Assembly: GCF_006345805.1 (NCBI RefSeq)
Contig: NC_043014.1
Coordinates: 868,001-932,000, forward strand
Source: Octopus sinensis
Taxonomy: Eukaryota
Direction: 5' to 3'
DNA length: 64,000 nucleotides
In this document: positions 1-12,946 of the stretch, piece by piece
How positions within the stretch are numbered: the stretch's first letter is position 1
Layout: each line of letters starts with the position of its first letter
The notes under the pieces: model-generated
What the model saw: the letters and a program-made list of their open reading frames with translations, nothing else
Told to the model about the DNA's origin: nothing
Database searches by the model: none
Program-made: the position numbers and the translations under genes

Positions 1-127
1 GTTAATTTTATGCATGAGATAAACAGGGATTACATTCGCAGCCAATCCATATATGGCTGAATGAACGACCGGATGAAACCGGTCGGAGAGAATGTTATTA
101 CTGCTTAGTTTCATCCACAAATGAACA

Positions 128-168
<41 letters not shown>

Positions 169-1042
169 CATCTCCCACATCATGGAAGAGCTCTGCCCAA
201 GAATCTTTCCTAGAACACAGTTTCCATAATATAAAACATATTTTCTCACCAATTCTCTGCTTGTTAACTTCCATTTAACAGGAAGATGTTGGAGAATTGG
301 TCTTACATAATGGAACTCCATGTTATGAAAACGTATGTATGCATGTGTGTATGTGTGTGTGTGTTTGTATATATACATACATATATATGTGTGTGTATCA
401 AAATAAATGTATGTACGTATTTCTCGACATGTTTGGAAGGCAGACCAACCCATCAGTAATGAAATAGCTTCAAGACAAATGACAAACATTGAATGGTTGT
501 TTTTTGAGCGAAAGAATGAGTGAAGGAGACAAAGAAGAGAGAGAGAGAGAGTGAAGGGGAGAGATGGAGAGAGTGAGAGGAGGAGGAGGCAGAGAGAGGC
601 CATGTAGATAGAGAGAGGAATGTCGTTAGAGTTACAATATTTAATTAGGGTGAAAGTAATTAATTAGACATAATAGAGACAAGACAGAGATGACATGTAA
701 AGACATTTTGTTAATCTATCAGTGTGTTGAAACAAAGATGGGAAGTGGTGACAATCATGCCCTTACTAAGGCAGCAATGCAACCAGTTACAAAGTCCAAA
801 GTTAATTTGAAAGTGAATTTTGTTTGCCAAGAATTTACCACCACTGACTCACCGAACCCTGTTGCCATAACAACACCACCACCAACATACCCCTGGGGCC
901 ACATTGTAGCCCCATACAGTCACCCAGTGTGTGGGGGAGTCACTTTGACTAAAGTGTGGCGGAATTGGGATTCCTGGCATACAGGTTACCTCTATATACA
1001 GCAAAATGGTGACTATTTCTCTCTCTCTCTCTCTCATACAAA

Positions 1043-1200
1043 CATCATCATCATCATCATCATTTAAAATCCGTTTTCAATGCTGGCATGGGTTGGCAGG
1101 ATCTGACAAGCCACAGAATGCTGCACCAAGCTCCAATGTCCTCCTTAGAATGGTTTCTATGACTGGATGCCTTCTCCAACACCAAGCACAAACACATCAG
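1043..1200 (-). mobile_element. Degenerate RTE-LINE 3' UTR fragment with (GAT)n tail
   Basis: (CAT)n then ccgttttcaatgctggcatgggttgg...ggatgccttct; same family as 3851-4325. Confidence 0.6.
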
Positions 1201-2840
1201 TGGTGACTTCTAAGTGTCAGGGAGGGAGTCTCTACATGGTCGTTTGACTTGCTACAAATGGCAGCTAAATATATCTCAAATCACACCCTTTTGTCTTAAA
1301 AGGGAGATGGACATCTTGGGGTGATATAATCTGGAGGAAAGAAGACAGGACAACTTTGATCTCTAAGCAGGTACCACTAGTATGGTGTCATCCACCGAAT
1401 GTTCACAATTACCACCACCAACAACAACAGCTCCATGTACTGAACGGCTGACAGCAACAACAGTAGCAATAAAGAGGAATTCCATTATTATTATTATTAT
1501 TGTCATCATTGATCCAGTAAAGAAGGAAAAGGGTTTACAAACTGGCTTCTACAACTACACCAATAAAGGGGATTAAGGGATTCAATAAAAGAGAGAAAAG
1601 GATAGGGTCTCTTTTAGTCTGATACAATGGAGCAGTTTGGTGCAGGGTAGTGCTGTAGTCAAGGTGGTAGCGCAGAGCCAAGTGGGTGAAACTCAAACCA
1701 AGTTTACATTGATAAATGGTGTTCATGTAATTATTAACAATGTCGGCACAGTTAACGAGTTGTTTTTCTAAAATCGTTACATAAATGGTTGGTCATCTGC
1801 TGCAGTGGACTATAAACCATAGCGTATGGTGGTACCTACTTACAGCTACAAAGACTGTGCTAGAAACAGATAAGTGTGACAAACATAATGATGAGAGTGA
1901 TTTGAACCCCCAACTCCTTGCTTGTCCAGTGTGGCACATCCAGAGTTCTGAAATAGTTATTGACAACAGAGTACAGAGAGGCGAAAAGGATGTCTGCATT
2001 GTACTCTATGGAGTACACTCACCTCAGTTATTATTATTATTATTATTGGTTGAGGAAGGTGAAGAGAGCCAAAACATAGTAGTTGTATTTTGTATTCCTG
2101 GCAATCCCAAAATAAATACCAGTAATACACCAGGCATTCACTAACAAAACTGGTTTAGTTGTGACGACTATTCTAGAGCACTGCCATAGTATAATTATTA
2201 TTATTATTATTATTATGAAGCAGGGGTGAGTTCAGGGAAGATGATCAAAGGATAGAACCATTTTTTCCACAATTTAATGTGTTGTTGTTATGGTTGCTGG
2301 GGTAACAACTTACCCCACCCTACTCTACCACCCCAAAAAACACAAACCCTCCCCCACCCCTGTACTCAGTGATAATGAAATAATGAGTGAAAAAAGGTGC
2401 AATGATGTTGGTTTTGTGGTGCTGGTGGTGATGCTGATGGCATGCAATGGTGAAGGTGGCGGTGATGATGATGATGATGATGATGGGGGTGGTGGTGGTG
2501 GTGAGGGTGCAGTGGACTAAATTTCAGTTGGGGTCAAAATCACATTCCTCGTCTGCCTCCTCCTCCTCTTGCTACCCCTCTTTCTGCCCCTTGCCCCCTT
2601 CTCTCATACTCTCTTCCTCTTTGAAAGGATGAAAGTGTAAGAAGTCACTTAACACACCAACACAGGGAGAGTTTGGGGGGTCGGGAAAGCTGTAGTCAGT
2701 CCAGTTGAGAGGGTCATGGGGGGAATGAGGTGCGATGGTATGGGGGGAGGAGGGTGTCGCTTGGTGTTTAGTAGTAGTGGTGGTAACAGTGTTTAATAGT
2801 AGTAGTAGTAGTAGTTGTAGTGGTTGTGGTAAAGAAGAGG

Positions 2841-2954
2841 TCACTTAAAAAATGATTTATACATCAGCGTTGATCTGCATAAAGATTTGTCTTGTTCCAT
2901 CAAAAATAGCAAATCTCTCAGGTTGACACGTTTGATACGTGGCCGGGACACAAC
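2841..2954 (-). CDS. TAF4: TAF4 exon 14, last coding (VVSRPRIKRVNLRDLLFLMEQDKSLCRSTLMYKSFFK*)
   Basis: ccgcag acceptor; conserved CCTD RI.RVNLRDL; TGA at 2841-2843. Confidence 0.96.
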   Translation of the reverse strand, partial: VVSRPRIKRVNLRDLLFLMEQDKSLCRSTLMYKSFFK

Positions 2955-5205
2955 CTGCGGAAGGAAAGAGAAGACATTAAAATGTTGGCCCCAACGTGAC
3001 TGGATTTACGGGAAATTTGGTGCAAAACAAAAATAACAAAAAAATTCATAAACAAGAAGAAAATACAACAAATAAACAATAACAAAAAGTAACAAAATAA
3101 ATAAAACTTTGTTAATCATGAAAGGATTTGACACCTGACTTCATATATGACCAAGCTCTTGTGGTGCAGAAAACCCTAATCTAGAAAGCAGCCCCTAAAG
3201 CCTGAAGGTTTTCAGTGTTGTCTCGTCTGAGTGGGTAATGGTAGAGAGTAAAAGACACTGTTTAGTCTAACAAAGTGATACGGACCATCTCGTCATCTTA
3301 AAAGGAGGAAGGGTGACCAAGGACTTGCACAGAGCGACTTTGTTTAAAGTGAAGAAGAACTGCACACCCTCAACCTCATTTTCTTGTCTCTGACCATCTT
3401 CAGTCCATTGACAAGACCAGGTCAAGACAACTGGGGATGACCAAGGCATATCAGACCTGCTTCATCTTGCTCTCTCTACTCCACAACATTCTAATAAACC
3501 CATAACTGAGACCTGACCAGTGCTACTATTCTGGGTCAGAGCAGACCTGAGAATAAATAGGGGCTAAGAGCTGGTTCCACACTCTTCAAACCTCTGCAAC
3601 TCCAAAACCAGGGCCCCACAACTTGATGTTGTTTGAAGTCATACCATAGATCAATTGCAAGTAATACCACATATATGAATGCCTCCCACTCTGCTTGGTT
3701 CTGTCTAATTGTCTCTGCAAATACACCTGCCTCACCTTTACCAGAATTTTGAAAGATTCCCAGGTCTTAATTTTTTGTTTCCTGCTTCTCTAATTAAACA
3801 CAGCAAGTAGAAAGTTATATTTCATGTGTTTATACATAAATACATACATACATCATCATCATCATCATCATAGTTTAACGTCCGCTTTCCATGCTAGCAT
3901 GGGTTGGACGGTTCAACTGGGGTCTGGGAAGCCAGAAGGCTGCACCAGGCCAGTCAGATCTGGCAGTGTTTCAACAGCTGGATGCCCTTCCTAACGCCAA
4001 CCACTCCGAGAGTGTAGTGGGTGCTTTTTATGTGCCACCGACATAGGTGCCAGACGAGGCTGGCGAACGGCCATGCTCGGATGGTGCTTTTTATGTGCCA
4101 CTGGCACGGAGGCCAGGCGAGGCTGGCAACGGCCACGATCAGATGGTGTTTGTTACGTGCCACCAGCACGGAGGCCAGACGATGCGGTGCTGGCTACGGC
4201 TATGTTCTGATGGTTCTCTTATGTGCCACCAGCACTGGTACCACAACTACAAATTCCATTGATGTTGATCGATTTCGATTTTGATTTGATTCTTTGATTC
4301 TCACTTGCCTCAACAGGTCTTCACAAGTATACATACACACATACATATATATATATATATATGATATTAGCTAAAGGTAACTGTCCAGTATCCAGGAAAC
4401 TAGTCGAAGACTCCAAGTGAACAAAACCTAACCAACCCATGTCAGCAGGATAAATATGAGAAAACTGACGAGAGATTCTGTTCCTATAGGTGAAGCAGTT
4501 AGTTAATGAAGCGGGGGTTTTTGAATACATAATAATTAGAGTAAGCGATGGGGGGCATGCGAGGGTTTCTTATAACCCCTGCTGGCAACAAAAGGATTCT
4601 TTCATTGAGTCAAAGACAGATTGCATGATTTTTGGGTAGAATCTGTGATGTGAACACTCCACCTGTTTCCCCTGCCAAAGAAAAGAAACTAAACAAAAAT
4701 CTATCCCAAAATATTTCATCTGATGATCTACCGATTCTACCCGTCCATTAACCTTATAGATGTATCACATTTACGTTCTAAACACGGGTTTAAATGTTTG
4801 TATGCCATGACCATCACCTGTGAGGGAGTATGTTTGCCCTGGTAGGTTGCCAATAATGGTTTCAGGTGCTGCTATGGAACATTCTGACAGCTGGAAGCTG
4901 ATACTTATTCCGAGCTGAGTAGATGAGACCAATGTAAAATGAAAATATGCTGCCTGGTCCAGGAGTTGAACCGGAGATCTCATCATCATCATCCTTAACT
5001 CTCAGGTCACAGTTATTATAGCATGCACACACACACACACACACATTGTTGGATCCAAGAATATTCTTCCTTCTGCTGCAACAATATCCTTGTCAGGTGG
5101 ATGTGGTAACGATAATTAGTAATATAACAAGAGAGAGGGGGGTAAAGACAAAGAAAAAGAGAGAAGTAGAAAGAGAGAGAGAGATAAGTAGGGATGGAAA
5201 GATGT

Positions 5206-5236
<31 letters not shown>

Positions 5237-8200
5237 TTGAGTGGTGGAGAATGAAGGTGAAGAGTTGGAACTCCGCCATCTGTTGTAGTTGGAAGAAAAC
5301 ATGAAAAAAAAATTGGTTTTAAATGAAGACTCACAGGTCGAACTGAAGATGAACTTACTCCACCATTTGTGAGAGATGTTGATGAGCCAGTCTGCAATAG
5401 GAAATAAAAAATATATTAGAGAGAAGAACAGTGTTGTTGTGATGATGGTGGTAACAATGTAGGGAGTGAGTGAGTGTGTGTAGATAAGACTGCAGAGTAT
5501 ATTATGAAATTAGTTATTTACAATGTCTCTCACAAAACACAAGAAAATAATGATGACAGCTGGTTGAAATTAGACCATATGAGGTAAGTGAACTGTCGGG
5601 AGATGGGGGGGGGGTATAACAGAATATAGTGTTTAGTATACACCAATGTGAATATAGATAAAGGCAGTTAAAGGGTGAGAAAGTTTGGAGGGGCAGCTAC
5701 TCCTGTGAACCCCTTGTACCTCTACAGGCCTTCTATCACACAAATGTGTGTGTGTAGCTGTAATTGTGGATCTGGTGGGAGAGAATAAGGAAGGAAAGAC
5801 AACACTTTTCTCTCCAGATGATTTACGTTTGTTTTGGGGTGGAGAATACCCAACCCCTCTACACACAACAGATTGTTTTTATTGCTTAGGAAGGAAAGGG
5901 CTGTAAGGATTTCCCTTTATTTCATGGCCTCCACAATTTTTTCACATGGGACACCTGACTTGTATGTATGCAAGAGTGACCAGCACCAAAGGCCCCTGAG
6001 GATTAAGTGGAATGGAATAAATATTTGGCTCAAGGACAGAAATTCAAGAACAAATAGCGCAAAACGTCTCAGGGTAACTCTTTAAGAAACCTACCAATTC
6101 ACTGCCTCAGGCTGGTCCCTTATTTTATGGACCCCAGAAAAATGAAATCTAACGTCCACTTCAATGGGATATGAACCCACAACAGGGATATTCAACTTAG
6201 AACATGGAAGAAGTGCAGTTAAGCATTTGGCTCAGCATAATAATGCTTCTACCTTCCATCACTGTAATAATGACCACCACAAATGGTAAATCCTTTAATA
6301 GGTCGTCAACTCAGCAATATGTCAGTGGGTTGCAAACCCCTCCCAAAAATCAGCGAGCTACATCAGAAAGTACCTGATTCGAGTCTCCTGCTTCTGTTTT
6401 CCGCTTCTTTCTGGGACCAATGGCTGCTAAGGCTGTAATGTTGGCCTCTCGTTGCCTCATCTCTTCCATCTCTGCCAGTTGTAACTGAGAAAACACAACA
6501 AGAAATACAATAAACAGAAATAAACTGCAGATATTTTGCAGGAAGCAACAAATTCAAACGGCCATTCTTAATGCCAAAACCATTTCATTTGGACAGACAC
6601 ACACACCAACTTACCTCCTTAGCTTTCTGCTTTAGTTTCAACTGTTCTGGATCTTCATGTTTTGACCGACTCTGTAAACAGAAAACATATAAATATATAT
6701 AGAATAAAATACAATATATACTCTTTCTCTTCTACTTGTTTCAGTCATTTGACTGCGGCCATGCTGGAGCACCGCCTTTAGTCGAGCAAATCGACCCTGG
6801 GACTTATTCTTTGTAAGCCCAATACTTATTCTATCGGTCTCTTTTTGCCGAACTGCTAAGTGATGGGGACGCAAACACACTAGCATCGGTTGTCAAGCGA
6901 TGGTGGGGGGACAAACACACACATACATATATATATAAATATATACGACAGGCTTTTTTCAGTTTCCGTCTACCAAATCCACTCACAAGGCATTGGTCGG
7001 CCCGGGGCTATAGCAGAAGACACTTGCCCAAGATGCCACGCAGTGGGACTGAACCCGGAACCATGTGGTTGGTAAGCAAGCTACTTACCACACAGCCACT
7101 CCTGCGTAAATATACGTATATAAACGTATTTTCATCCTCCTCATCAGTTAATGTCCCCTTTTTCATGCTTGCATGGGTCAGACAGTTTATTTGAGGCAGA
7201 TTTGTCATAGCTGGATGTCCTTCCTGTCATCAACCCTCACTTGTTTCCAAGTAAGGTAATATTTCCTCCATGGCCAGAAGTGTTTTTGAAGGATATTGGA
7301 GACGTGTGGTGCTTCTTGTATGACAGTGACGTTCATTAACGACTGTCGCACAATGTCAGAGCAAAAAGACATAAACATACATTTCACACACACACAATGT
7401 TTGTGTATGTGTGTGTGTATATATGTATATATATATATATAAAACAGGGTTTCTTTCAGTTTCTCTCAGCTAACTCCACTGACAAGGCTTTGGTTGGTCC
7501 AGGGCTGGAGTAGAAGACACTTGCTCAAGGTGCCATGCAATGAGATTGAACCTGAAACCATGTGGATGGAAAGCAAACTTCTTAATCACACAGCTACACT
7601 GGTACCTGTATGAACACACACACACACACACACACACGAAATCCCATTACAATCCATCTCAATAGAATCTATTTTTCAGTCTAATGAATTTCCTTCCCGT
7701 TTCATCCCCTAATGTTATTGAAACAAAATCAAACCCTTTTCAGCCAAAATTTGTTGCCTTAATGAAAATTAAAATCTATCTTTGAGACAACAGTCCTTTC
7801 ATTCGAGACAGAAACTCTACGAGACTGGGACATGGCCAGTGAAACAGTTACAAGTCCAGTCAGGTAACAGCTGTGTTAGACAAACACACTAAATATACAA
7901 AAATATCTGTGTTTCATTTGATGGCTTGAAATAAAAATTTTCAAACTCATAAAACCATATCAAGTTAGTCTGAATTGCTGTGTTCAAAGCAAGTGTCCTG
8001 AAAATATACAAATCTTAGCTGTTATACCAGCAAGAAATTAGAACTTGTTTAATCAAATATTTGTAAAAACCAACAGCAATCCAACTGTGACCATCGCTTA
8101 TTTTCAAATTGAAACAGACACAATATGAACTGAATGGGTGAATTGCAGGTGTTGGTACAGTAAGGCACCAACACCAGGATTTGACCCTCAAAAGAGAAAA

Positions 8201-11200
8201 ACTTATCATCTTTAGTTTGGTCTTTATGCCAATCAGCCCTTATGATCAAGAATATTGGGTAATGACTGAAAGAGTGAATACAGGGACCTGAAACAAGTTT
8301 GTCTGAAGGATCTCTAGAATAATGTTACTCAAGAGGGTGGTGCATGGTTTGGGGATGAAGGAGTCTCCGCAGGTCAAGTCAGAACTTCTCCAAATTGAGA
8401 GGTTACAGCTCCGGTGCTATGGACAGGAGATTAGAATGTTGCAGCAAAGACAGATTCTTCAAACCAAGCCAAGGAGACTGAGGGGCCAAGCAAGAAGGAG
8501 ATGGTGGGATACTGATCCATAGTCTTAATTGGTCAGGGTTTGGAATGCAGTTGGGAAGTGCAATGATGGGTGCCTAGGGAGGGTACCTGGGGACTCTACT
8601 CTCAGGACCCGCCTTGGAATAGTGGGTAGAAAAGATGAATGGATAAACCCAGAGCTTAAATGGTATTTATTTTATCAACCACAAAGTCAATCAGGCTGGA
8701 AATTGAACTCAAAACATCAAGTTCAATGAATTAATAATCATCATTTAATGTCTGTTTTCAACGCTGGCATGGGTTGGATGATTTGACTGCAGCTGGTAAG
8801 GTCAGGGACCTGCACCAGGTTCCATTGTCTGTTTTGGCATGGCCCTTTCTAACGCCAACCACTCCACAGAGTGCGTCTAATGTGGCATCAATAATAACAA
8901 GTGAGGCTAGGAAAGGAAGACCAAGTGCAGAAACAGCCCCTCCAGTTGCTCCCCTGATTTGTTTGAGTCTAAGGTTTGAATAAGAGAAAACAGGATGGTT
9001 ATTGAGAGCAAAGCTACAGCTGGAGAACCTGGTTTTCCTCCAAACAATTTAACCCCGCAACACTTGTATTTGATATTTCACAAGTTCAAACCTTACTACA
9101 GATACAGTTTGGTCTCCACATACCAAACACCACTCAGTTTGCCTCAGTTTTTTTTTTTTTACTGATTTTAGGCTCCCCTCCCAAGAACAGGTCAACAGTA
9201 GGAACGTCATCCAGTTGGCCCCGAGGGGTGGAGATTTCATAGGTAGGGAGAAGGAAAAACAAACCTTAGCAACCCTTAGTAACATTTCTCGCTCCTGTTC
9301 TTCATGTCTCTTCTTTTCAAGTCGCTCAAGTTCTTCAAAATGTTTCAATATTGATCTGACATCATTTTTCACCTCATACCTGCTGTCCATCTTGGAGAGA
9401 AAAAAAACAACAAAAATTAAAGAAATGAAAAACAATAAATACAGAGATCTGAAAATAGAGAAAAGCAGAATGTAAACAAACCCATCCCTCAATCCACAAG
9501 AAGAGATTGTGTTTTTAGAAAGACTAAAGATTAAGGATCAGCTACTTACTTTGTATATTTCTGTTCTGTGTTCAGCAATCGTAGATAATTTTTCAATGAA
9601 ATCTCGCAATCGTTCTTGGGTTGCATGTGATACAATGTTAGCAACATCGGAAGGTACCTCTTCAACACCGTATTTCTTGGCTGTGTTTAAAATATACAAC
9701 AGAAGACACAGTTAACAGCTTACAATAACAACAAATAAAAACATTAATTAACAGCCATAATAATGCTTGTTGGTGCCAATAGAGCAATGCTTTATCAGTA
9801 GCAACCATATTCCAAATGAAAGACAAATTGCTCCTCTATCAAACTTGCCCCAGGCCAAGTCCTCGCAATTAAGTCCTGGAAATTTCAAATCCAAAGTCAA
9901 TTCCAGCTGATGCCTTTCTGTCACATCAACTCATATTGCAGCTCTGAACCCCTAGTGGGGCAACAACAGCACCAACAACAACAACACAGGGTGTTATTCA
10001 ATAATGTTGTTGCTGCTTGTTTGTTTGTTGAGCGAAGTGGTCTTTGTCTCAGTGGGAGAAGTCCGAAACGTGGTCCTTTGCTATTCGTAAGACCTGCATA
10101 AGAGAAAGCAGGTCAACCCCCGACACCGAGAGCATCGATGGATGGATGAATGTGCATCCAGGCTCAGCGGTTGCATAGGAAGTCGGGGACAAGAAACAGG
10201 AAGAAAGAGTGAGAGAAAGTTGGGGTGAAAGAGTACAACAGGGGTCGCCACCAGCCCCTGCTGGAACCTCGTGGAGCTTTAGGTGTTGTTGCTGCTGTTG
10301 TTATTGTTACTAAGTGGTCTAACTCATTCCATTCACAGAGTTTGAGTGATTTTACAGTTTGGCTCTTTTATTAGTCAGAATATCACAGTGGCCAACATTA
10401 GATCCTATCTGCACACACACACACACACACAATTGTTCCATTTGGTAAAAATCCAAAAATCTGTAAAGATTGCACATACAGGCACAAATGTGTATGTATG
10501 CACATATAAACAAGAGTGAACCCAACCATCTACTCATGAACACACACACACACACAGACAGACATAGTTACGATCAGAGTTAAACTCAAGTGTTGAGTAA
10601 ATACTTACCAATTGAGCTGATTCTACTTAAGAGTGGGCTGTGATAAAGAAAACATTCGTCTTTACAAGACCGAATCTGGGTCCCAATGAAGTCAGCATTG
10701 GTAGCCATGATATTGCGAGTTTCCTCTGACAGGTTGACCCCACCCATCGTTGCTACATCATTGATGTCATCGTCATCTCTGAAATGATTAAAATACACAA
10801 GAGTTAATTAGCTTCACACGACAACCACTGGCTCCACAGTTATGTTGTTTCTCATCTGAGAAAAGATGTCTCAGGGTGAATGAAACGAAGCGGGATCCAC
10901 AGAACAAGGAAACAAAATGTACGAGATAAGGCAAACTTACTTCAGAGACTCGTATTTCCGTTTTTCCTTGTGCGGGGCCAACGTCTCTTTCTTGATCTGC
11001 ATGTGGGATTGAAGATTAGTGGTAGATGTAGGCAATGTGTTGAGAAGGTTGGTCCTCCCAACAGTGGTCATTGTACCAAGGTTAGATTTGGTGACAGTGA
11101 TGCCAGGGTGACCGACGGTTGTCGTTGTCATCTTAGCTTGACCACCACGTACCTGGACATGGCCAATTTGACCACCTGGGCATACCTGTTTGATGATAGT

Positions 11201-12914
11201 CTGTAACAAACAAAACCAAAATCATTAAATGATAAGATTGATTCGATGAAATATTAATTACTAACACAGGCACAAAATTTAAGGGGAATGATGTAACTGA
11301 TTAAATTGACCCCAGTATATTACTGATACTGTGTTCTAATGACCCGGCAAGAAGAACAGTAGAATTAGCCCTTTTGATACCAACCTGCCTGAGACCACTC
11401 TGGTTCTGTGATACAAACTTTCGGTTTTAAAAGGATTTAAATCAAAATCTTCCAACAAAATTCTGTGCAAGTTTATTTTCCCAGAAACCGGATAAATAAC
11501 AACAAAGTTACTTTATAAAATTCTTCATTATTTTGAAAATTAATTGAAACAAAGGCGGTGAATCTCATTATGGTAACGAGAGGATTAACTTTGATGAGAT
11601 GTGAAGTCAGAAAATAAAGGACATAAGAAGACAGCACAAGACATTTTGTTTAGTGCTCTACCGATTCTGTTCAATCCAGGGAGATGTTTGTTTTATGTCT
11701 GTAAATAATTAAAGAAATCACAGACAAAGTATGAGACATAGAAAGCAAGTCCTCGTTTTGGGGCTTCGAAGGACAAGCTTTAGTAACATTCAATGTTGAG
11801 ATAAACTGTGTGCAAGGGTTTCAAATCCCAGTTGGCCCTATTTTGCTTGATAAACATCATGGGGAAAGAATGAACACCAGCCGATGCCATAACTGGTTTA
11901 TCCTTAAAAGAAAGACACGAGAAGAAGATAGTTACCTGAGTGGGTTGATGAATGTGTCCACCTGACATAACGCCATGGACCTGAGGCTGGGTGGTCATGC
12001 GATTGGCTGTGGTCACATGAGTCATTCTGTTGTGGGTGTGGCTGTGTACGTTCTGTTTTGTGTGTGTCATAACAGTTGTATTAGGCACCGAACACATGGT
12101 CTGAACCCGGATCACTTCAGGAGGAGGGGGACGCACCCCATCAATGGACATTTTATTCATGTAGAGAGAATGCCTCAACAGAGGTAAACTTTTCTGCAAA
12201 TATACAAAATATATAAATATATAGATATTGTGGGGGGTGGGGGAAAGAAAGAGAGGGACAAACATAGAGTTATATAGGCATGGAGATGGGAAGAAGGATG
12301 TGGGAAGGTGGACAAGGGGATGGACAAACAGAGACAATGGTGAGGTGGTAGGAGTGGACAGACCAGATATACATAGACGAGACACAAAGAAAAGGAACTG
12401 GGAGAGATTTGACCTGTTTTCCATCTCCACTGCTGCCACCATACACACTCACACACACAGATGTCTACGATGGACATTAAGCACCAAACATGACTGCCAA
12501 GAAGGCACAATTCTCCCCTGTACTTAATAAACAGGGGGTCTGAGTCAAGGATTAGATTGCTGGCAAGTTGTAAGACAAGAAAGGGTCCGCTAAAATTCAG
12601 GGGCTTCATGTAATTCATCAAATACAACACAAAAACACACACACACACACAATTGGAAAAAATGTTGTTTGAGAACAGTGAAACTTATACTGTTTCCATT
12701 AAAATGCATTTGTCATATTTTAAGTTTACATACATGTATGGGCATGTGTATGAGTGTGTGTGTGTGTGTATGAGTGTGTGTGTGTGTGTGTATGAGTGTG
12801 TGTACATACACATTCATTTTAGCATGTTTTTGCTAGCAAGACTTGGAATGTTTTTCTTGTCACCAAGTTAGGAACTTTTTATTTCTTCACAGAAAATTTG
12901 AACAAACAACAACA

Positions 12915-12946
<32 letters not shown>

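Noticed and set aside
690-1067. 125-aa plus-strand ORF
   Set aside because: No recognisable family; it runs into (CT)n/(CAT)n repeats; probably non-coding DNA downstream of TAF4.
3990-4260. Repeated units of about 60 bp with variable spacers, superficially CRISPR-like
   Set aside because: Internal monomers of a eukaryotic retroposon 3' UTR; no cas genes, and the spacers are homologous to each other.
4771-5044. ORF with ISGSTPGPGS resembling the vertebrate TAF4 linker
   Set aside because: No good acceptor. It contains a GGTTCAACTCC B-box-like motif and SINE-like downstream sequence, so it is more likely an old SINE.
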